A stretch of DNA of 64,000 bases. Source: a virus. Every line of letters starts with the position of its first letter. Positions within the stretch are counted from its first letter, which is position 1. Under the pieces are notes generated by a model. The model had not been told where the DNA came from and did not search any database. It saw nothing but the letters and a program-made list of their open reading frames with translations. The DNA lies in the IMG/VR virus record IMGVR_UViG_3300034105_002260; one strand, 5' to 3'. Positions 10,617 to 22,300 of this stretch are shown here, piece after piece. Position numbers and translations under genes: made by a program.

Positions 10617-11639
10617 ATGTCGGTTTTACTCGTTGATGGAGACAATTTACTTACGATTGGTTTTTATGGTCTCAAAAACCATTTCTACAAAGGAAAACAT
10701 ATTGGAGCAATATACCATTTTGTTAATACTCTTAGGAGATCATTTGAGACGTACCATTTAGACAAAATTGTAGTATTTTGGGATGGAGAAAATGGTTCAG
10801 ACTCAAGAAAGAAGTTCTACTCTCAATACAAAGAGAATAGAAAATCTCGATTAAGAAGTGATGAAGAAATTAATTCATACCAATATCAAAAGCAACGAGT
10901 AAAACAGTATTTAGAAGAAGTCTTTGTTAGACAAGGAGAATTTGAATTTTGTGAAGCAGACGATTGTATTGCATTTTACACTCAAAATTCACCAACCGAA
11001 AACAAAACAATTTATTCTGGAGACGGAGATTTAACACAACTGGTTTCTGAACAAACTCAAATTTACAACCCCTCACATCAAAAAGTATACAAAAAAAACG
11101 ACACCATCGTTTACAATCACGAAGAAATTCTAATTGAAAACGTAATCTTGGTTAAGATGTTATGCGGTGACCCATCAGATAATATTGCAGGAATTAAGAA
11201 TATGGGAATTAAAAGACTTATTACCCTTTTTCCTGAAATTAAAAACTTACCCCTTACTATTGAAGATATTAGAAGTAAAACTAATGTTCTATTTGAAGAA
11301 GATAAGGATAATTGGTTAATTAAAAATCTTCTAACAGGTGTAACCAAACACGGTGTATTTGGTGAGGAGTTCTATGAAGTAAATAAAAAGATAGTTAGCT
11401 TGGATGAACCGTTCTTAACTGATGAGGCGAGAGAGACAATTATGTCACTAATAAATGAAAATTTGGACCCAGAAGGAAGGTCTTATAAAAATACTATGAA
11501 AATGATGATGGAGGATGGACTATTCCAACTGTTACCTAAATCGGATGACGCTTGGATAAAATTCTTTAACCCATTTCTTAGATTAACAAGAAAAGAAAAA
11601 AATAAAAGGACGATTAAAATTAAAAACAATTATGAGTAA
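10617..11639 (+). CDS. 5'-3' exonuclease / flap endonuclease (T4 RNase H / PolI N-domain-like)
   Basis: LLVDG, YKENR, EADD, SGDGDLTQL, GDPSDNIAGI motifs. Confidence 0.9.
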   Translation: MSVLLVDGDNLLTIGFYGLKNHFYKGKHIGAIYHFVNTLRRSFETYHLDKIVVFWDGENGSDSRKKFYSQYKENRKSRLRSDEEINSYQYQKQRVKQYLEEVFVRQGEFEFCEADDCIAFYTQNSPTENKTIYSGDGDLTQLVSEQTQIYNPSHQKVYKKNDTIVYNHEEILIENVILVKMLCGDPSDNIAGIKNMGIKRLITLFPEIKNLPLTIEDIRSKTNVLFEEDKDNWLIKNLLTGVTKHGVFGEEFYEVNKKIVSLDEPFLTDEARETIMSLINENLDPEGRSYKNTMKMMMEDGLFQLLPKSDDAWIKFFNPFLRLTRKEKNKRTIKIKNNYE

Positions 11640-12081
11640 CTATCAACAAGAAATCACAAAATTTGAGTTTTTGCTTAGTTTAGGTGGAAACATCGTATGT
11701 CAAAGATTCTTCAACGTAAAAGACCACGTTGAGCAAGCACGTAGATCAATGGATCTTCACTATTATGTAAAAAATATTTGTGAAGAAATAAGTGAAGATT
11801 TGAAAATGAAAACTTCCGACTATCTATGTGAAAATCAAAATTATTTCCTCAATTCCGAGTTTGTGGAAGATGAGAATGAGAAAGAAAAAGAGCACTTTTT
11901 ATTGGAAATTAAACTCGGAGACGACGTATTTATTTCTAGAATATTTCCCGCATATTTCTTCCATCCAAAGGTTAGATATACGGTTGATATTCGCCCAAAA
12001 CTAAAGAGAGTTTTGTCAGATTTAACTGACATCTTGTCTTCGGAAGAATTGGAAACAGTATATTTGCAATATCAACTTTAA
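11632..12081 (+). CDS. Hypothetical protein in the replication cluster
   Basis: 149-aa ORF overlapping the exonuclease stop. Confidence 0.65.
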   Translation: MSNYQQEITKFEFLLSLGGNIVCQRFFNVKDHVEQARRSMDLHYYVKNICEEISEDLKMKTSDYLCENQNYFLNSEFVEDENEKEKEHFLLEIKLGDDVFISRIFPAYFFHPKVRYTVDIRPKLKRVLSDLTDILSSEELETVYLQYQL

Positions 12082-12100
12082 TAAACTTATATCATAAATT

Positions 12101-13480
12101 ATGCAGCAGGAGAAAAATTTCGGTTTTCTTGGATTTTCTTTTCAACAATCACTCATTAGAGCGGTTATCGAAGACAAAAAATTTGGAGAAGCAATCATAG
12201 ACTTTCTAGACAGTAAATATTTTGACAACAATTCATTTAGATACATTGTAGAAAATATCAAAGAATTATACGTTACGTATAATAAACTACCAGATTACCA
12301 CACTCTATCACAGAAAATAATGACAGAGTCGGGTACTAAGGACACAAATAGAGTACATTTAGATACTTTACAGAACATCAAAGACGATGATAAAGACACA
12401 TCATTTGTTAGAGATACCGCTCTTAATTTTTGTAAACAACAGAACTTAAAAAAGGAACTTAAGAACGTTCATAACATTATCGAAAGTGGTGAATTTGAAT
12501 CGTATAATAAGATTGAGGAAATCATTAAAAGGGCGTTACAAGTCGGTATTAATGATGATCAAGCGGTTGACGTATTTCATAATATTGACCAAGCTTTAGA
12601 AGATAATTTTAGACTACCAATCCCAACAGGAATTGCGGGTATCGACCAACTATTAAAAGGTGGTTTAGGTCGTGGAGAATTAGGTGTTGTATTAGCACCA
12701 ACTGGTACAGGTAAGACAACCTTACTTACTAAATTTGCGAACACGGCATATAACCAAGGGATGAATGTTGTTCAAATTTTCTTTGAAGACAACCCTGGTA
12801 ATATAAAAAGAAAACATTATACGATTTGGTCAGGAATTACTCCTGATGACCAACCCGCAAACGCTGAAGAGGTTAAGAGATTGGTTAAAGAGGCGGAAGA
12901 GAGATCTTCAGGTTCATTAAAATTAATGAAATTTCCTTCAGATAGTGTGACCGTTTCACAAATAAAAAACATCGTTAGAAAGATGAAATCTGACGGATTT
13001 AAAATGGATTTGTTACTTATCGACTACGTTGATTGTATTTCAACAGATAAGAGTACAAATGGTGAAGAGTGGAAAGGTGAAGGTTCCGTTATGAGGTCTT
13101 TAGAGGCTATGACAAGTGAATTTGATATTGCAATATGGACCGCAACACAAGGTAATAGAGAGTCAATTTCATCAGAAGTAGTAACGGGTGACCAAATGGG
13201 TGGTTCTATTAAGAAGGCTCAAATTGCTCACGTTATTTTGTCAATAGGTAAGACATTAGAACAGAAAGAACAAAACTTGGCAACCCTATCACTTTTAAAA
13301 TCTCGTATTGGTAAAGATGGTGTTGTATTTAGTAACTGTAAATTCAATAATGAATATCTTGTTATTGATACAGAATCACAAAGTACCTTACTTGGTATGG
13401 AACAACAAAAAACTCAAAACAACGCAAATAGAGCAGCGGAAGCGTTTAAGAAGAGACAAGAATTACTTAACAATAAATAA
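12101..13480 (+). CDS. Replicative DnaB / gp41-like helicase
   Basis: Walker [29 protein letters not shown]. Confidence 0.9.
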   Translation: MQQEKNFGFLGFSFQQSLIRAVIEDKKFGEAIIDFLDSKYFDNNSFRYIVENIKELYVTYNKLPDYHTLSQKIMTESGTKDTNRVHLDTLQNIKDDDKDTSFVRDTALNFCKQQNLKKELKNVHNIIESGEFESYNKIEEIIKRALQVGINDDQAVDVFHNIDQALEDNFRLPIPTGIAGIDQLLKGGLGRGELGVVLAPTGTGKTTLLTKFANTAYNQGMNVVQIFFEDNPGNIKRKHYTIWSGITPDDQPANAEEVKRLVKEAEERSSGSLKLMKFPSDSVTVSQIKNIVRKMKSDGFKMDLLLIDYVDCISTDKSTNGEEWKGEGSVMRSLEAMTSEFDIAIWTATQGNRESISSEVVTGDQMGGSIKKAQIAHVILSIGKTLEQKEQNLATLSLLKSRIGKDGVVFSNCKFNNEYLVIDTESQSTLLGMEQQKTQNNANRAAEAFKKRQELLNNK

Positions 13481-13487
13481 TAAAATT

Positions 13488-14465
13488 ATGACGGAAAGAA
13501 TCTTACAAGACAATCCAGGACGTTTTGTCCTTTTTCCAATCGAACATCACGATTTATGGAAATTTTACAAACAATCTGAAGCGTCTTTTTGGACAGCTGA
13601 GGAAATTGATTTAGGTCAAGATGTTACAGATTGGGAGAATAAATTAAATGATGACGAAAAACATTTTATTAAACACGTATTAGCATTCTTTGCTGCGTCT
13701 GATGGAATTGTAAATGAAAATCTAGCAATGAACTTTGTTAATGAAGTTCAATATACAGAAGCTAAATTCTTCTACGGATTCCAAATAATGATGGAAAATA
13801 TTCATAGTGAAACATATTCTTTATTAATCGATACGTTGGTTAAAGATAAGGATGAACAACATTACTTGTTCAATGCGGTTGATACAATTCCTGCCGTTAA
13901 GAAAAAAGCGGATTGGGCTCTTAAATATATTAATTCAGAATCTTTTGTTGAGAGATTATTGGCATTTGCGGCCGTAGAGGGAATCTTCTTCTCTGGTTCA
14001 TTTTGTTCAATTTTTTGGTTAAAGAAAAGAGGATTAATGCCTGGTTTAACATTTTCAAACGAATTAATTTCTCGTGATGAAGGTGTACACTGTGATTTTG
14101 CTTGTCACATTTACAATAACCATATTGAAAAGAAACTAAGTGAAAAGAAAATAAAAGATATTATCTGTGGAGCATTGGAAATTGAGAAAGAATTTATTCT
14201 TGAAGCATTACCAGTTCGTTTAATTGGTATGAATTCCGATTTAATGGCTCAATATCTTGAATTTGTTACTGATAGATTATTAATGGCGTTGGGTTGTTCT
14301 AAAGTTTACAATTCAGAAAACCCATTTGATTTTATGCAGAACATCGCATTACAAGGTAAAACTAATTTCTTTGAGAAAAGAGTTGCCGAATATCAAAAGG
14401 CGGGAGTTAATAATGTTGCAACCGAAGATTTAGAATCCGCGTTTGACGAGGATATGGACTTCTAA
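13488..14465 (+). CDS. nrdB: Ribonucleotide reductase class Ia beta subunit
   Basis: [37 protein letters not shown]; start set at ATG 13488, in frame with the 13308 ORF. Confidence 0.95.
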   Translation: MTERILQDNPGRFVLFPIEHHDLWKFYKQSEASFWTAEEIDLGQDVTDWENKLNDDEKHFIKHVLAFFAASDGIVNENLAMNFVNEVQYTEAKFFYGFQIMMENIHSETYSLLIDTLVKDKDEQHYLFNAVDTIPAVKKKADWALKYINSESFVERLLAFAAVEGIFFSGSFCSIFWLKKRGLMPGLTFSNELISRDEGVHCDFACHIYNNHIEKKLSEKKIKDIICGALEIEKEFILEALPVRLIGMNSDLMAQYLEFVTDRLLMALGCSKVYNSENPFDFMQNIALQGKTNFFEKRVAEYQKAGVNNVATEDLESAFDEDMDF

Positions 14466-14477
14466 AAATAGTATAAG

Positions 14478-16910
14478 ATGAAAGTAAAAAAAAGAGATGG
14501 TTCCCTAGAGGAAATGAGATATGATAAAATAACACGTAGAATAAGTGTTTTTTGTAGTGATTTAAATTTAGAATACATTGATCCAACATTTGTTACATTA
14601 AAAGTAACACAAGGTATATATGATGGAATAACAACAACTGAGTTAGATGTATTAGCGGCGGAAACAGCTGCGGCAATGGTTACCACTCATCCTGATTATG
14701 CTAAATTATCGGGTCGATTGGCGGTATCTAATTTACATAAGACAACACATAAAAAGTTTTCTCAATGTATTAAAGAATTATATTCTTTTGTTGAACCAAA
14801 AACAGGTAAAGAATCTTCATTAATTGATGAAGGTGTTTACAAATTTGTAATTGAAAATAGAGAGTCTTTAGATGGTGCAATTCATCAAGAAAGAGATTTT
14901 GAATTTGATTACTTTGGATATAAAACATTAGAACGTTCTTATCTTTTAAAGATTGGAGATAGAGTAGTTGAAAGGCCACAGTATCTTTATATGAGAGTTG
15001 CCGTTGGTATTTGTAAAGGTAATTTAGATATGGCGTTAAGAATTTATGACGACTTATCACAACATTTTTATACTCACGCAACTCCAACATTATTTAATGC
15101 AGGTACACGTAGAGCACAAATGTCCTCTTGTTTCTTAATTGGTAATAAGGGTGACGATATTGATGGTCTATTTGATACGATTAAAGATGTTGCCAAAATT
15201 TCTAAATGGGCGGGAGGTATTGGACTTCACGTTCACGATGTTCGAGCTAAAGGTTCTTATATAAAAGGTACAGGTGGACAGTCGGATGGTTTATTACCTA
15301 TGATGAAAACATATAACGAAGTTGCTCGTTGGATTAACCAAGGAGGAAAACGTAAGGGATCTTTTGCGGTTTATCTTGAACCTTGGCATTCGGATATTTT
15401 TGAATTTATTGATTTAAGAAAGAATCACGGTAAAGAAGAAATGAGAGCAAGAGATTTATTCTTGGCAATGTGGACTCCAGGTTTATTTATGGAGAGAGTT
15501 GAACAAGATGGTGATTGGTCTTTATTTTCACCTGATGAAGCACCTGGATTATCAGATGTATACGATTCACCAGAAGATAAGAAATTTACTCGTTTGTATG
15601 AACAGTACGAAAAAGAAGGCAAGGCAAGAAAAGTAATCAAGGCGAGAAAGTTAATGGATGCAATCCTTACTGCTCAAATTGAAACGGGAACACCATATAT
15701 GTTATATAAGGACCCAGCTAACTACAAATCAAACCAAAAGAATTTAGGTACAATCAAATCTTCAAACTTATGTACTGAAATTATTGAATATAGTTCACCA
15801 ACAGAGCAAGCAGTTTGTAATTTAGCGTCAATAGCTTTACCAAAGTATATTATTAATGGTGAATTTAATCACGATTTATTATACGAGTACACATATCAAG
15901 TTGTTAAGAATTTAAATAATGTAATTGATTTAAACTATTATCCAACTCAAGAAACCAAACTTTCAAATTTTAAACATCGTCCAGTTGGGCTTGGTGTTCA
16001 AGGATTGGCAGATGTGTTCTGTATGTTGGGTTTACCGTTCGAAAGTGAAGATGCGGATAAATTACAAACAGATATTTTTGAAACAATATATTTTGCGGCA
16101 ATGACATCTTCTAAAGATTTATCTAAAGAGTTTGGACCATATGAATCAATAGCAGGATCACCAATTGAAAAAGGTGTTTTCCAATTTGAAATGTGGGGTA
16201 AAAAAGATAAAGATTTATCAGGTCGTTGGGATTGGAAATCTCTAAGAAAAGAAGTGGTAAACTATGGTGTTAGAAATTCATTATTAGTCGCACCAATGCC
16301 AACAGCATCAACTGCACAAATTTTAGGAAACAATGAAGCGTTCGAACCATTCACAACCAACTTATATTCTCGTAGAACATTAAGTGGAGAGTTCATTATG
16401 ATTAATAAACATCTAGTTAATGATTTATTAAAAATAGGATTGTGGAGTGATACCATTAAGAATAAGTTAATTATGGAGAATGGGTCAGTTCAAAACATTC
16501 CTGAAATTCCTACTGAAATGAAAGAGGTTTATAAAACAGTTTGGGAAATGTCTCAAAAACGTGTTTTACAAATGGCAGCAAATAGAAGTATATTTATTGA
16601 CCAATCACAATCTTTAAACCTATTTGTTGATAATGCAACTAAACCTAAATTATTGGCGGCTCATTTATTTGGTTGGAAATTAGGGTTAAAAACGGGTATG
16701 TACTATTTGAGAACAAGGGCGGCGGTAGACGCAATTAAAGGTTTAGGAGTTGATACGTCAGTGTCGAAACCAATTGAACAAACGTCATCTATAAACAATG
16801 TGGAAGTACCAACTAATAATACATTAATTAGTGAAAGAACACCTGAAGTCGTAATGACATCAGATAAACCAATAGACTCTCCGTTTGACTGTGAGGGTTG
16901 TGGTTCGTAA
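14478..16910 (+). CDS. nrdA: Ribonucleotide reductase class Ia alpha subunit with ATP cone
   Basis: N-terminal VKKRDG cone, TPTLFNAG, SSCFL, SNLCTEI, APMPTAST, C-terminal CEGC; no intein or intron. Confidence 0.95.
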   Translation: MKVKKRDGSLEEMRYDKITRRISVFCSDLNLEYIDPTFVTLKVTQGIYDGITTTELDVLAAETAAAMVTTHPDYAKLSGRLAVSNLHKTTHKKFSQCIKELYSFVEPKTGKESSLIDEGVYKFVIENRESLDGAIHQERDFEFDYFGYKTLERSYLLKIGDRVVERPQYLYMRVAVGICKGNLDMALRIYDDLSQHFYTHATPTLFNAGTRRAQMSSCFLIGNKGDDIDGLFDTIKDVAKISKWAGGIGLHVHDVRAKGSYIKGTGGQSDGLLPMMKTYNEVARWINQGGKRKGSFAVYLEPWHSDIFEFIDLRKNHGKEEMRARDLFLAMWTPGLFMERVEQDGDWSLFSPDEAPGLSDVYDSPEDKKFTRLYEQYEKEGKARKVIKARKLMDAILTAQIETGTPYMLYKDPANYKSNQKNLGTIKSSNLCTEIIEYSSPTEQAVCNLASIALPKYIINGEFNHDLLYEYTYQVVKNLNNVIDLNYYPTQETKLSNFKHRPVGLGVQGLADVFCMLGLPFESEDADKLQTDIFETIYFAAMTSSKDLSKEFGPYESIAGSPIEKGVFQFEMWGKKDKDLSGRWDWKSLRKEVVNYGVRNSLLVAPMPTASTAQILGNNEAFEPFTTNLYSRRTLSGEFIMINKHLVNDLLKIGLWSDTIKNKLIMENGSVQNIPEIPTEMKEVYKTVWEMSQKRVLQMAANRSIFIDQSQSLNLFVDNATKPKLLAAHLFGWKLGLKTGMYYLRTRAAVDAIKGLGVDTSVSKPIEQTSSINNVEVPTNNTLISERTPEVVMTSDKPIDSPFDCEGCGS

Positions 16911-16930
16911 AATTATAGGAAACTACATTA

Positions 16931-16954
16931 AATCCAGCTTCGGCTGGATTTTTT
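16931..16954 (+). terminator. Intrinsic terminator with cUUCGg tetraloop
   Basis: aatccagc-ttcg-gctggatt then T run, just after nrdA. Confidence 0.85.
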
Positions 16955-16980
16955 ATTTATTACCATTTTAGATTAGTTTA

Positions 16981-16987
16981 TATTTAT
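16981..16987 (+). promoter_or_regulatory. TATTTAT motif, candidate late promoter (one of about 14 near gene or RNA starts)
   Basis: Follows a terminator and lies 5 nt before the first ATG of the baseplate operon; same motif precedes many structural genes. Confidence 0.55.
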
Positions 16988-16992
16988 TTGAT

Positions 16993-17445
16993 ATGGCAGC
17001 AACTTACGGTATAGATTTTCCATTTAGGAATAGTTTAAAAGGTGACTTCTTAAGGATGACAGAATCACCTGAAAGAGAAGTTCGTGCGAATTTGATTCAT
17101 TTATTATTAACAAGAAAGGGTAGTAGATATTATTTACCCGATTTTGGAACTAGATTGTACGAATACATCTTTGACCAAAATGACGTTGTTACCTTTGGTT
17201 TAATTGAAGACGAAATAAGAGAAAGCGTTAAAAAATACATTCCAAATTTAGATATTAACTCAATCAATATCGTATCAGCAGAAAATGACCCTGAAGAGAC
17301 TAAATTATATTCACAACAAGAGGATGAAAGGTTATTTAGGGTATCAGACGCTACAAGTAAACCATACACCGCAAAAGTAAAAATAGACTACACGGTTAAT
17401 AACGGATCATTTACGTCATCCGACTTTGTAATTATAAACATATAA
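16993..17445 (+). CDS. Baseplate wedge protein, gp25-like
   Basis: NLIHLLLTRKGSRYYLPDFGTRLYEYIFD signature. Confidence 0.9.
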   Translation: MAATYGIDFPFRNSLKGDFLRMTESPEREVRANLIHLLLTRKGSRYYLPDFGTRLYEYIFDQNDVVTFGLIEDEIRESVKKYIPNLDINSINIVSAENDPEETKLYSQQEDERLFRVSDATSKPYTAKVKIDYTVNNGSFTSSDFVIINI

Positions 17446-17446
17446 A

Positions 17447-19279
17447 ATGGCTAAAAAAATATCATACGCAACTAGAGATTTTGCGGGATTAAGACAAGAG
17501 TTAGTAAATCTAACAAATGATTACTATCCAGATTTAATAAAAAATACTAATGACGCATCTATATTTTCTGTGTTATTAGACTTGAACGCGGCTGTGGCGG
17601 ATAATCTACACTTCCATATTGATAGAGTATGGCAAGAAACAATGTTAGATTTCGCTCAACAGAGACAATCTCTTTTTCATATTGCCAAAACATATGGTTT
17701 AAGAATACCTGGAAACAGACCCTCAGTTGCCTTATGTGACTTTTCAATAAATGTACCAGTGGCGGGTGATAAGGAGAAAACTGAATACTTGGGTCTATTA
17801 AAGGCGGGAGCTCAGATATCAGGAGGAGGTCAGATTTTTGAAACATTAGAAGATATTGATTTCTCTAATCCATTTAACAATAAAGGTGAACCAAATCGTT
17901 TAAAGATACCTAATTTCGACGGTAACAATAAATTAGTGTCATATACCATTACTAAGAGAGAAGCGGTCGTAAACGGAGTCTCAAGGATATATAGAAGAGT
18001 TGTAACTGAATTAGATCAGAAACCTTTCTTGAAACTTTATTTACCTGAACAAAACGTATTAGGTATTGTGTCGGTTATACATAAAGAAGGTACATCGTTC
18101 GGGTCAAATCCAACATCATCAGAATTTACATCATCAACTAATAAATGGTATGAAGTTAAATCTTTAATGGAAGATAAAGTATTCATTAAAGACTCAACAA
18201 AAATATCAGATAAAGATAATTTCATACCAGGAACATACCTTTCAGTTAGTAATAAATTTATGACTGAATATACCCCAGAAGGATATTATTCGATGACATT
18301 TGGTTCTGGAACTGTGGACCCAATGGCTAATTTAGATAATTTCATAACGGGTAATTTAAAAGTTAGTTTAGGTTCTTATTTGAATAACGTATCGTTAGGT
18401 GCGGTACCTAAGTCAAACAGTACAATGTTTGTAAAATATAGAATTGGTGGAGGTAAAAACTCAAATCTAGGGGTTAATGTTATTAATAGTATTGACAACA
18501 TTGAGTTTAATGTAAATGGTCCAGTTTCAACTGTAAATTCACAAGTTATTCAATCGTTAAGAGTATCAAATGTAACTCCGGCAATAGGTGGGGCAGATCA
18601 ACCAACAATTGATGAAATTAGAAATATGATTTCTTACAATTTTGCGGCACAAAATAGAGCAGTAACGTTAAATGATTACAAATCGGTAATTGAAAATATG
18701 CCACCCACATTTGGCGCTGCGGCTAAGGTTAATGTGATGGAGGAAGATAATAAGGTGAAGATTAAATTATTGTCTTACGATTCCGACGGAAACCTAACTG
18801 ACGTAGTTTCTAACACTTTAAAAGATAATGTAACCGAATATATTTCACAATATAGAATGATTAATGACTTTGTTGAGATTCAAAGTGGTGAGGTTATTGA
18901 CCTTGGATTGGAGATTGATGTTGTAATTGATAGAAACGAATTAGAGTCAGATGTCATTAAATCAATAATTGAAAAAACAATTTCATATTTTGCAATTGAA
19001 AAAAGAAAAATGGGAGACCCATTGTTTACGGGTGAATTGTTAAAAGAAATTGGATCAACAAGTGGAGTAGTTAATGCGGTTGATGTTAGAGTTTTTAATA
19101 AAACAGGTGGTGAATATTCACAAGCTGAGGTGTCACAATCATACAAAACACCAGAAACAAAAGAGATTCTACAAGCGGATATGACCGTTTATATGAAGTC
19201 AAATCAGATATTCCAAATTAGATTTCCAAATAAAGATATTAAAGTTAGGGTTAAACCTCTCACTTCGACTACATTTTAA
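17447..19279 (+). CDS. Baseplate wedge protein, gp6 / baseplate J-like
   Basis: RDFAGLRQEL N-terminus; GGAD...EIR...AQNRAVTLNDY. Confidence 0.85.
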   Translation: MAKKISYATRDFAGLRQELVNLTNDYYPDLIKNTNDASIFSVLLDLNAAVADNLHFHIDRVWQETMLDFAQQRQSLFHIAKTYGLRIPGNRPSVALCDFSINVPVAGDKEKTEYLGLLKAGAQISGGGQIFETLEDIDFSNPFNNKGEPNRLKIPNFDGNNKLVSYTITKREAVVNGVSRIYRRVVTELDQKPFLKLYLPEQNVLGIVSVIHKEGTSFGSNPTSSEFTSSTNKWYEVKSLMEDKVFIKDSTKISDKDNFIPGTYLSVSNKFMTEYTPEGYYSMTFGSGTVDPMANLDNFITGNLKVSLGSYLNNVSLGAVPKSNSTMFVKYRIGGGKNSNLGVNVINSIDNIEFNVNGPVSTVNSQVIQSLRVSNVTPAIGGADQPTIDEIRNMISYNFAAQNRAVTLNDYKSVIENMPPTFGAAAKVNVMEEDNKVKIKLLSYDSDGNLTDVVSNTLKDNVTEYISQYRMINDFVEIQSGEVIDLGLEIDVVIDRNELESDVIKSIIEKTISYFAIEKRKMGDPLFTGELLKEIGSTSGVVNAVDVRVFNKTGGEYSQAEVSQSYKTPETKEILQADMTVYMKSNQIFQIRFPNKDIKVRVKPLTSTTF

Positions 19280-19333
19280 TTTAATTTTTTCTTATTATAA
19301 TAGAAAGTAGTCTGCTTTCTATTTATTATAAGA

Positions 19334-22300
19334 ATGATACAAAAACATAGAATTTCAACGAATATTGGTCAAGACCAAATTGTAAAAGTCGAACTTAAAC
19401 AAGATTTCGATTTATTAGAGATTTTGTCTTTAAAATTTACACAAAAAGAGATATACACATCTCTTTGTGCTGATTATGGTGTGGTTTGTGGTAGAGTTAG
19501 TGTAAATAACGGTTTTGGTGTACCAAACGCAAGAGTTTCCATTTTTATCCCCTTATCCTCAGAAGACGAATCGGACCCCGTAATTTCCGCTTTATATCCA
19601 TATAAAGAGATTGGTGACCAGAACGATGATGGATATCGTTACAATCTATTACCATCAAGAAAACAACATTCAGGACATTCCCCAACAGGAACATTCCCCG
19701 ACCAACGAGATATTCTTACTAGAGAAGAAGTTTTAGAGGTGTATGAGAAATATTACAAATACACAGTTAAAACAAACGACGCAGGTGATTTTATGATTTG
19801 GGGAGTTGGTTTAGGTGAACAAAGAATTCACGTAGATGTTGACTTATCCGATATGGGATGTCAATCATTGTCACCATACGATTTAATGTACGAAGGAATT
19901 TCCGCGGAAAAATTTCAAAACGCATATACATATATGTCTTCTAACAATTTGGAGAGTCTTCCTCAAGTTGTTTCTTTTGATAAAACAATTGAAGTTTATC
20001 CATTTTGGGGTAATGAAGACTTATGTCAAATTGGTTTAACAAGAACAGATTTCGATTTAAAAGATAAAGGAATTAGAATTGAACCATACGCGGTGGTGAT
20101 GGGAGGTACATTTACCGATTCAGGTAAAGACGCACTAAGAGTTCAATGTAATGTTGATAATCAACAAGGTGAGAAATGTCGTCTAACGACAATGAAAGGA
20201 GACATCGAAGCAATTAGATTTACGGGAGAATTTGAAAAAGACACCAATGATAACCCAGATTTCAATAGACCAATTTTAGAAAAATTAGAAATTGACCAAA
20301 CTATTGATGAATTTGGTAGATTCTTTTTTAGGGTGCCGATGAACACTTACTACATAACAACAAATGAATTTGGTGAAGTTGTGGAATCTAAAAATAAAAA
20401 CGTAGGTATCCCAACAGAATCGACTTATCGTTTTAGACTTTCATTAAATGAAGATACGGGAGGAAGAAATAGATTTACAGGTAAAATATTAGTACCAAAT
20501 ATTAGAGAATATCACATTAGTGACACGGCGTATAATGGATTATATAGTACTATCGACCCAAAATCATATTCATTTAGTACATCTATTAATGATTACCCAT
20601 CTGCGGCGATTAATGAAATATTAGGAAAAAGTACCGACGCAATTGCTGATGGTAAAAGAGGAGTACCACAAGATTATTTTTATAAATTTAGATATGGTAG
20701 AACATATACTGTTGGACAATTTATTAACAAATATTATAATGACGGAGCTTTAGGTAAATTATTTAGTTTCTTTAAAAGAGATAGAAGAGAATCGTTCCTC
20801 GGCATCAAAGAAATTTGGCCATCTGAAAGTAGTGATTGCTCAAGTACTATTAATTATTTCCCAATAAACGATGCTGTTAGAAATCATAGATTTAATTTCT
20901 TTGTTTTAACAATTTTAAGTTACGTTGATTTTATTGGATTAAGAATTCAATTATTTTTTAAAGAATTAAACTGTTTAATACAATTTGGAGCCGCTGGTGT
21001 ATTTGGTATTTTTAATAATTCAGCTGCCGCTAAACAATTTGCAAGAGCGAAAGAAACACAATTCAAAAGTATTTTTAAAGTTAATTTAATTATATACCCA
21101 GATTGTTATGATTGTGAAGAAGATAATACAAATGGTGAAGTTGTAATTAACGCGGACCCAGTCAATATTGCGGCAGTAACTGGAGGTACCGCTGGTGTTA
21201 ATTACATTTCCGCAACAAGTTCACCATTTAGTGTTTCAGAAAGATGGTCAGCAACAAGAACCAATTGTGACAAATATGATTTAGTTAATACAAGTGCCAC
21301 ATCACAAGTAGTAACATATACTGATTGTGATGGGGCTACAGGTCAAACGGCAACACTTGCTGCGGGATCTTCATTATCTTTATGTGTTAAAAACGGAACC
21401 ACCCCAACAATACCAGTTTCAGTAACTTCAACATTCACATCGTTAGGATGTTCAGGTGCTGCTGGGTATCAACCAAATGACTCACTATATTTCTACCTAA
21501 CAGTAAACGGGCAACCAGGATATGAAATTACGAATGTCCCAACATATAACTCATCACCAAAAGATGGTGATTATCTCTATCAACGATATGTGATGGAAAT
21601 TGACGTATTAGGTGGTGCGAGTGAATACATAGCAATTGGAGTTGGTCAATCATATACAATTATGTATGATGGTTCAACTAGTAGGTGGAAAATTAAAGAT
21701 GCGTACAAATCTATTGCCGATACGATAGCTGCGGCGTACAACCTACCATATGATCAACCAGTAAGTGGAACTGCACATCCTGAACAAGGTAGAGTTGTGA
21801 TTAAAAAATTATGGTATGTTGATAACGTACCTATTAGTGCAACAACCATAAATGAAAATGAAGAAGGTTGTGCAAAATATGATTACATAATTGAAGATAA
21901 ATTAGGTAGATGGGGTACTAGTATGAGTCTCCAAGGTTTAAAATTACCATTAACTGGTGCAACCGCAACATATGAAACATATGCTGAAGCTTATAATGCT
22001 ATGAATGGTATAAGAGCACCAAGAAATTCATTTTACGGTACTCCACCATTTTATGATCAATTAGATTTAAACTATAACACTACAATTATCGCCGCTAATG
22101 TACCAGATTGTGAAACGCCACCAAATTATAATATTGGTGCGGTTGCTTCGGTGTACGCTAAATGGCCAACTAGTGATAGTAGAAATTTTAGAAATGGAGA
22201 TTCAAGATGCGTTTATCGTGGAGAATATGCGGGACAAGTTAAAAAGAAAGGACCATATTTTGTTGATGAGTTTTTAACGAGAGACGGAACATTAAGTGGT

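Noticed and set aside
13308-13487. N-terminal extensions given by the ORF track for nrdB (also primase 48782, clpP 56187, ORF 23541)
   Set aside because: They use non-ATG starts overlapping upstream genes or terminators; downstream ATGs with A-rich leaders fit the families better.
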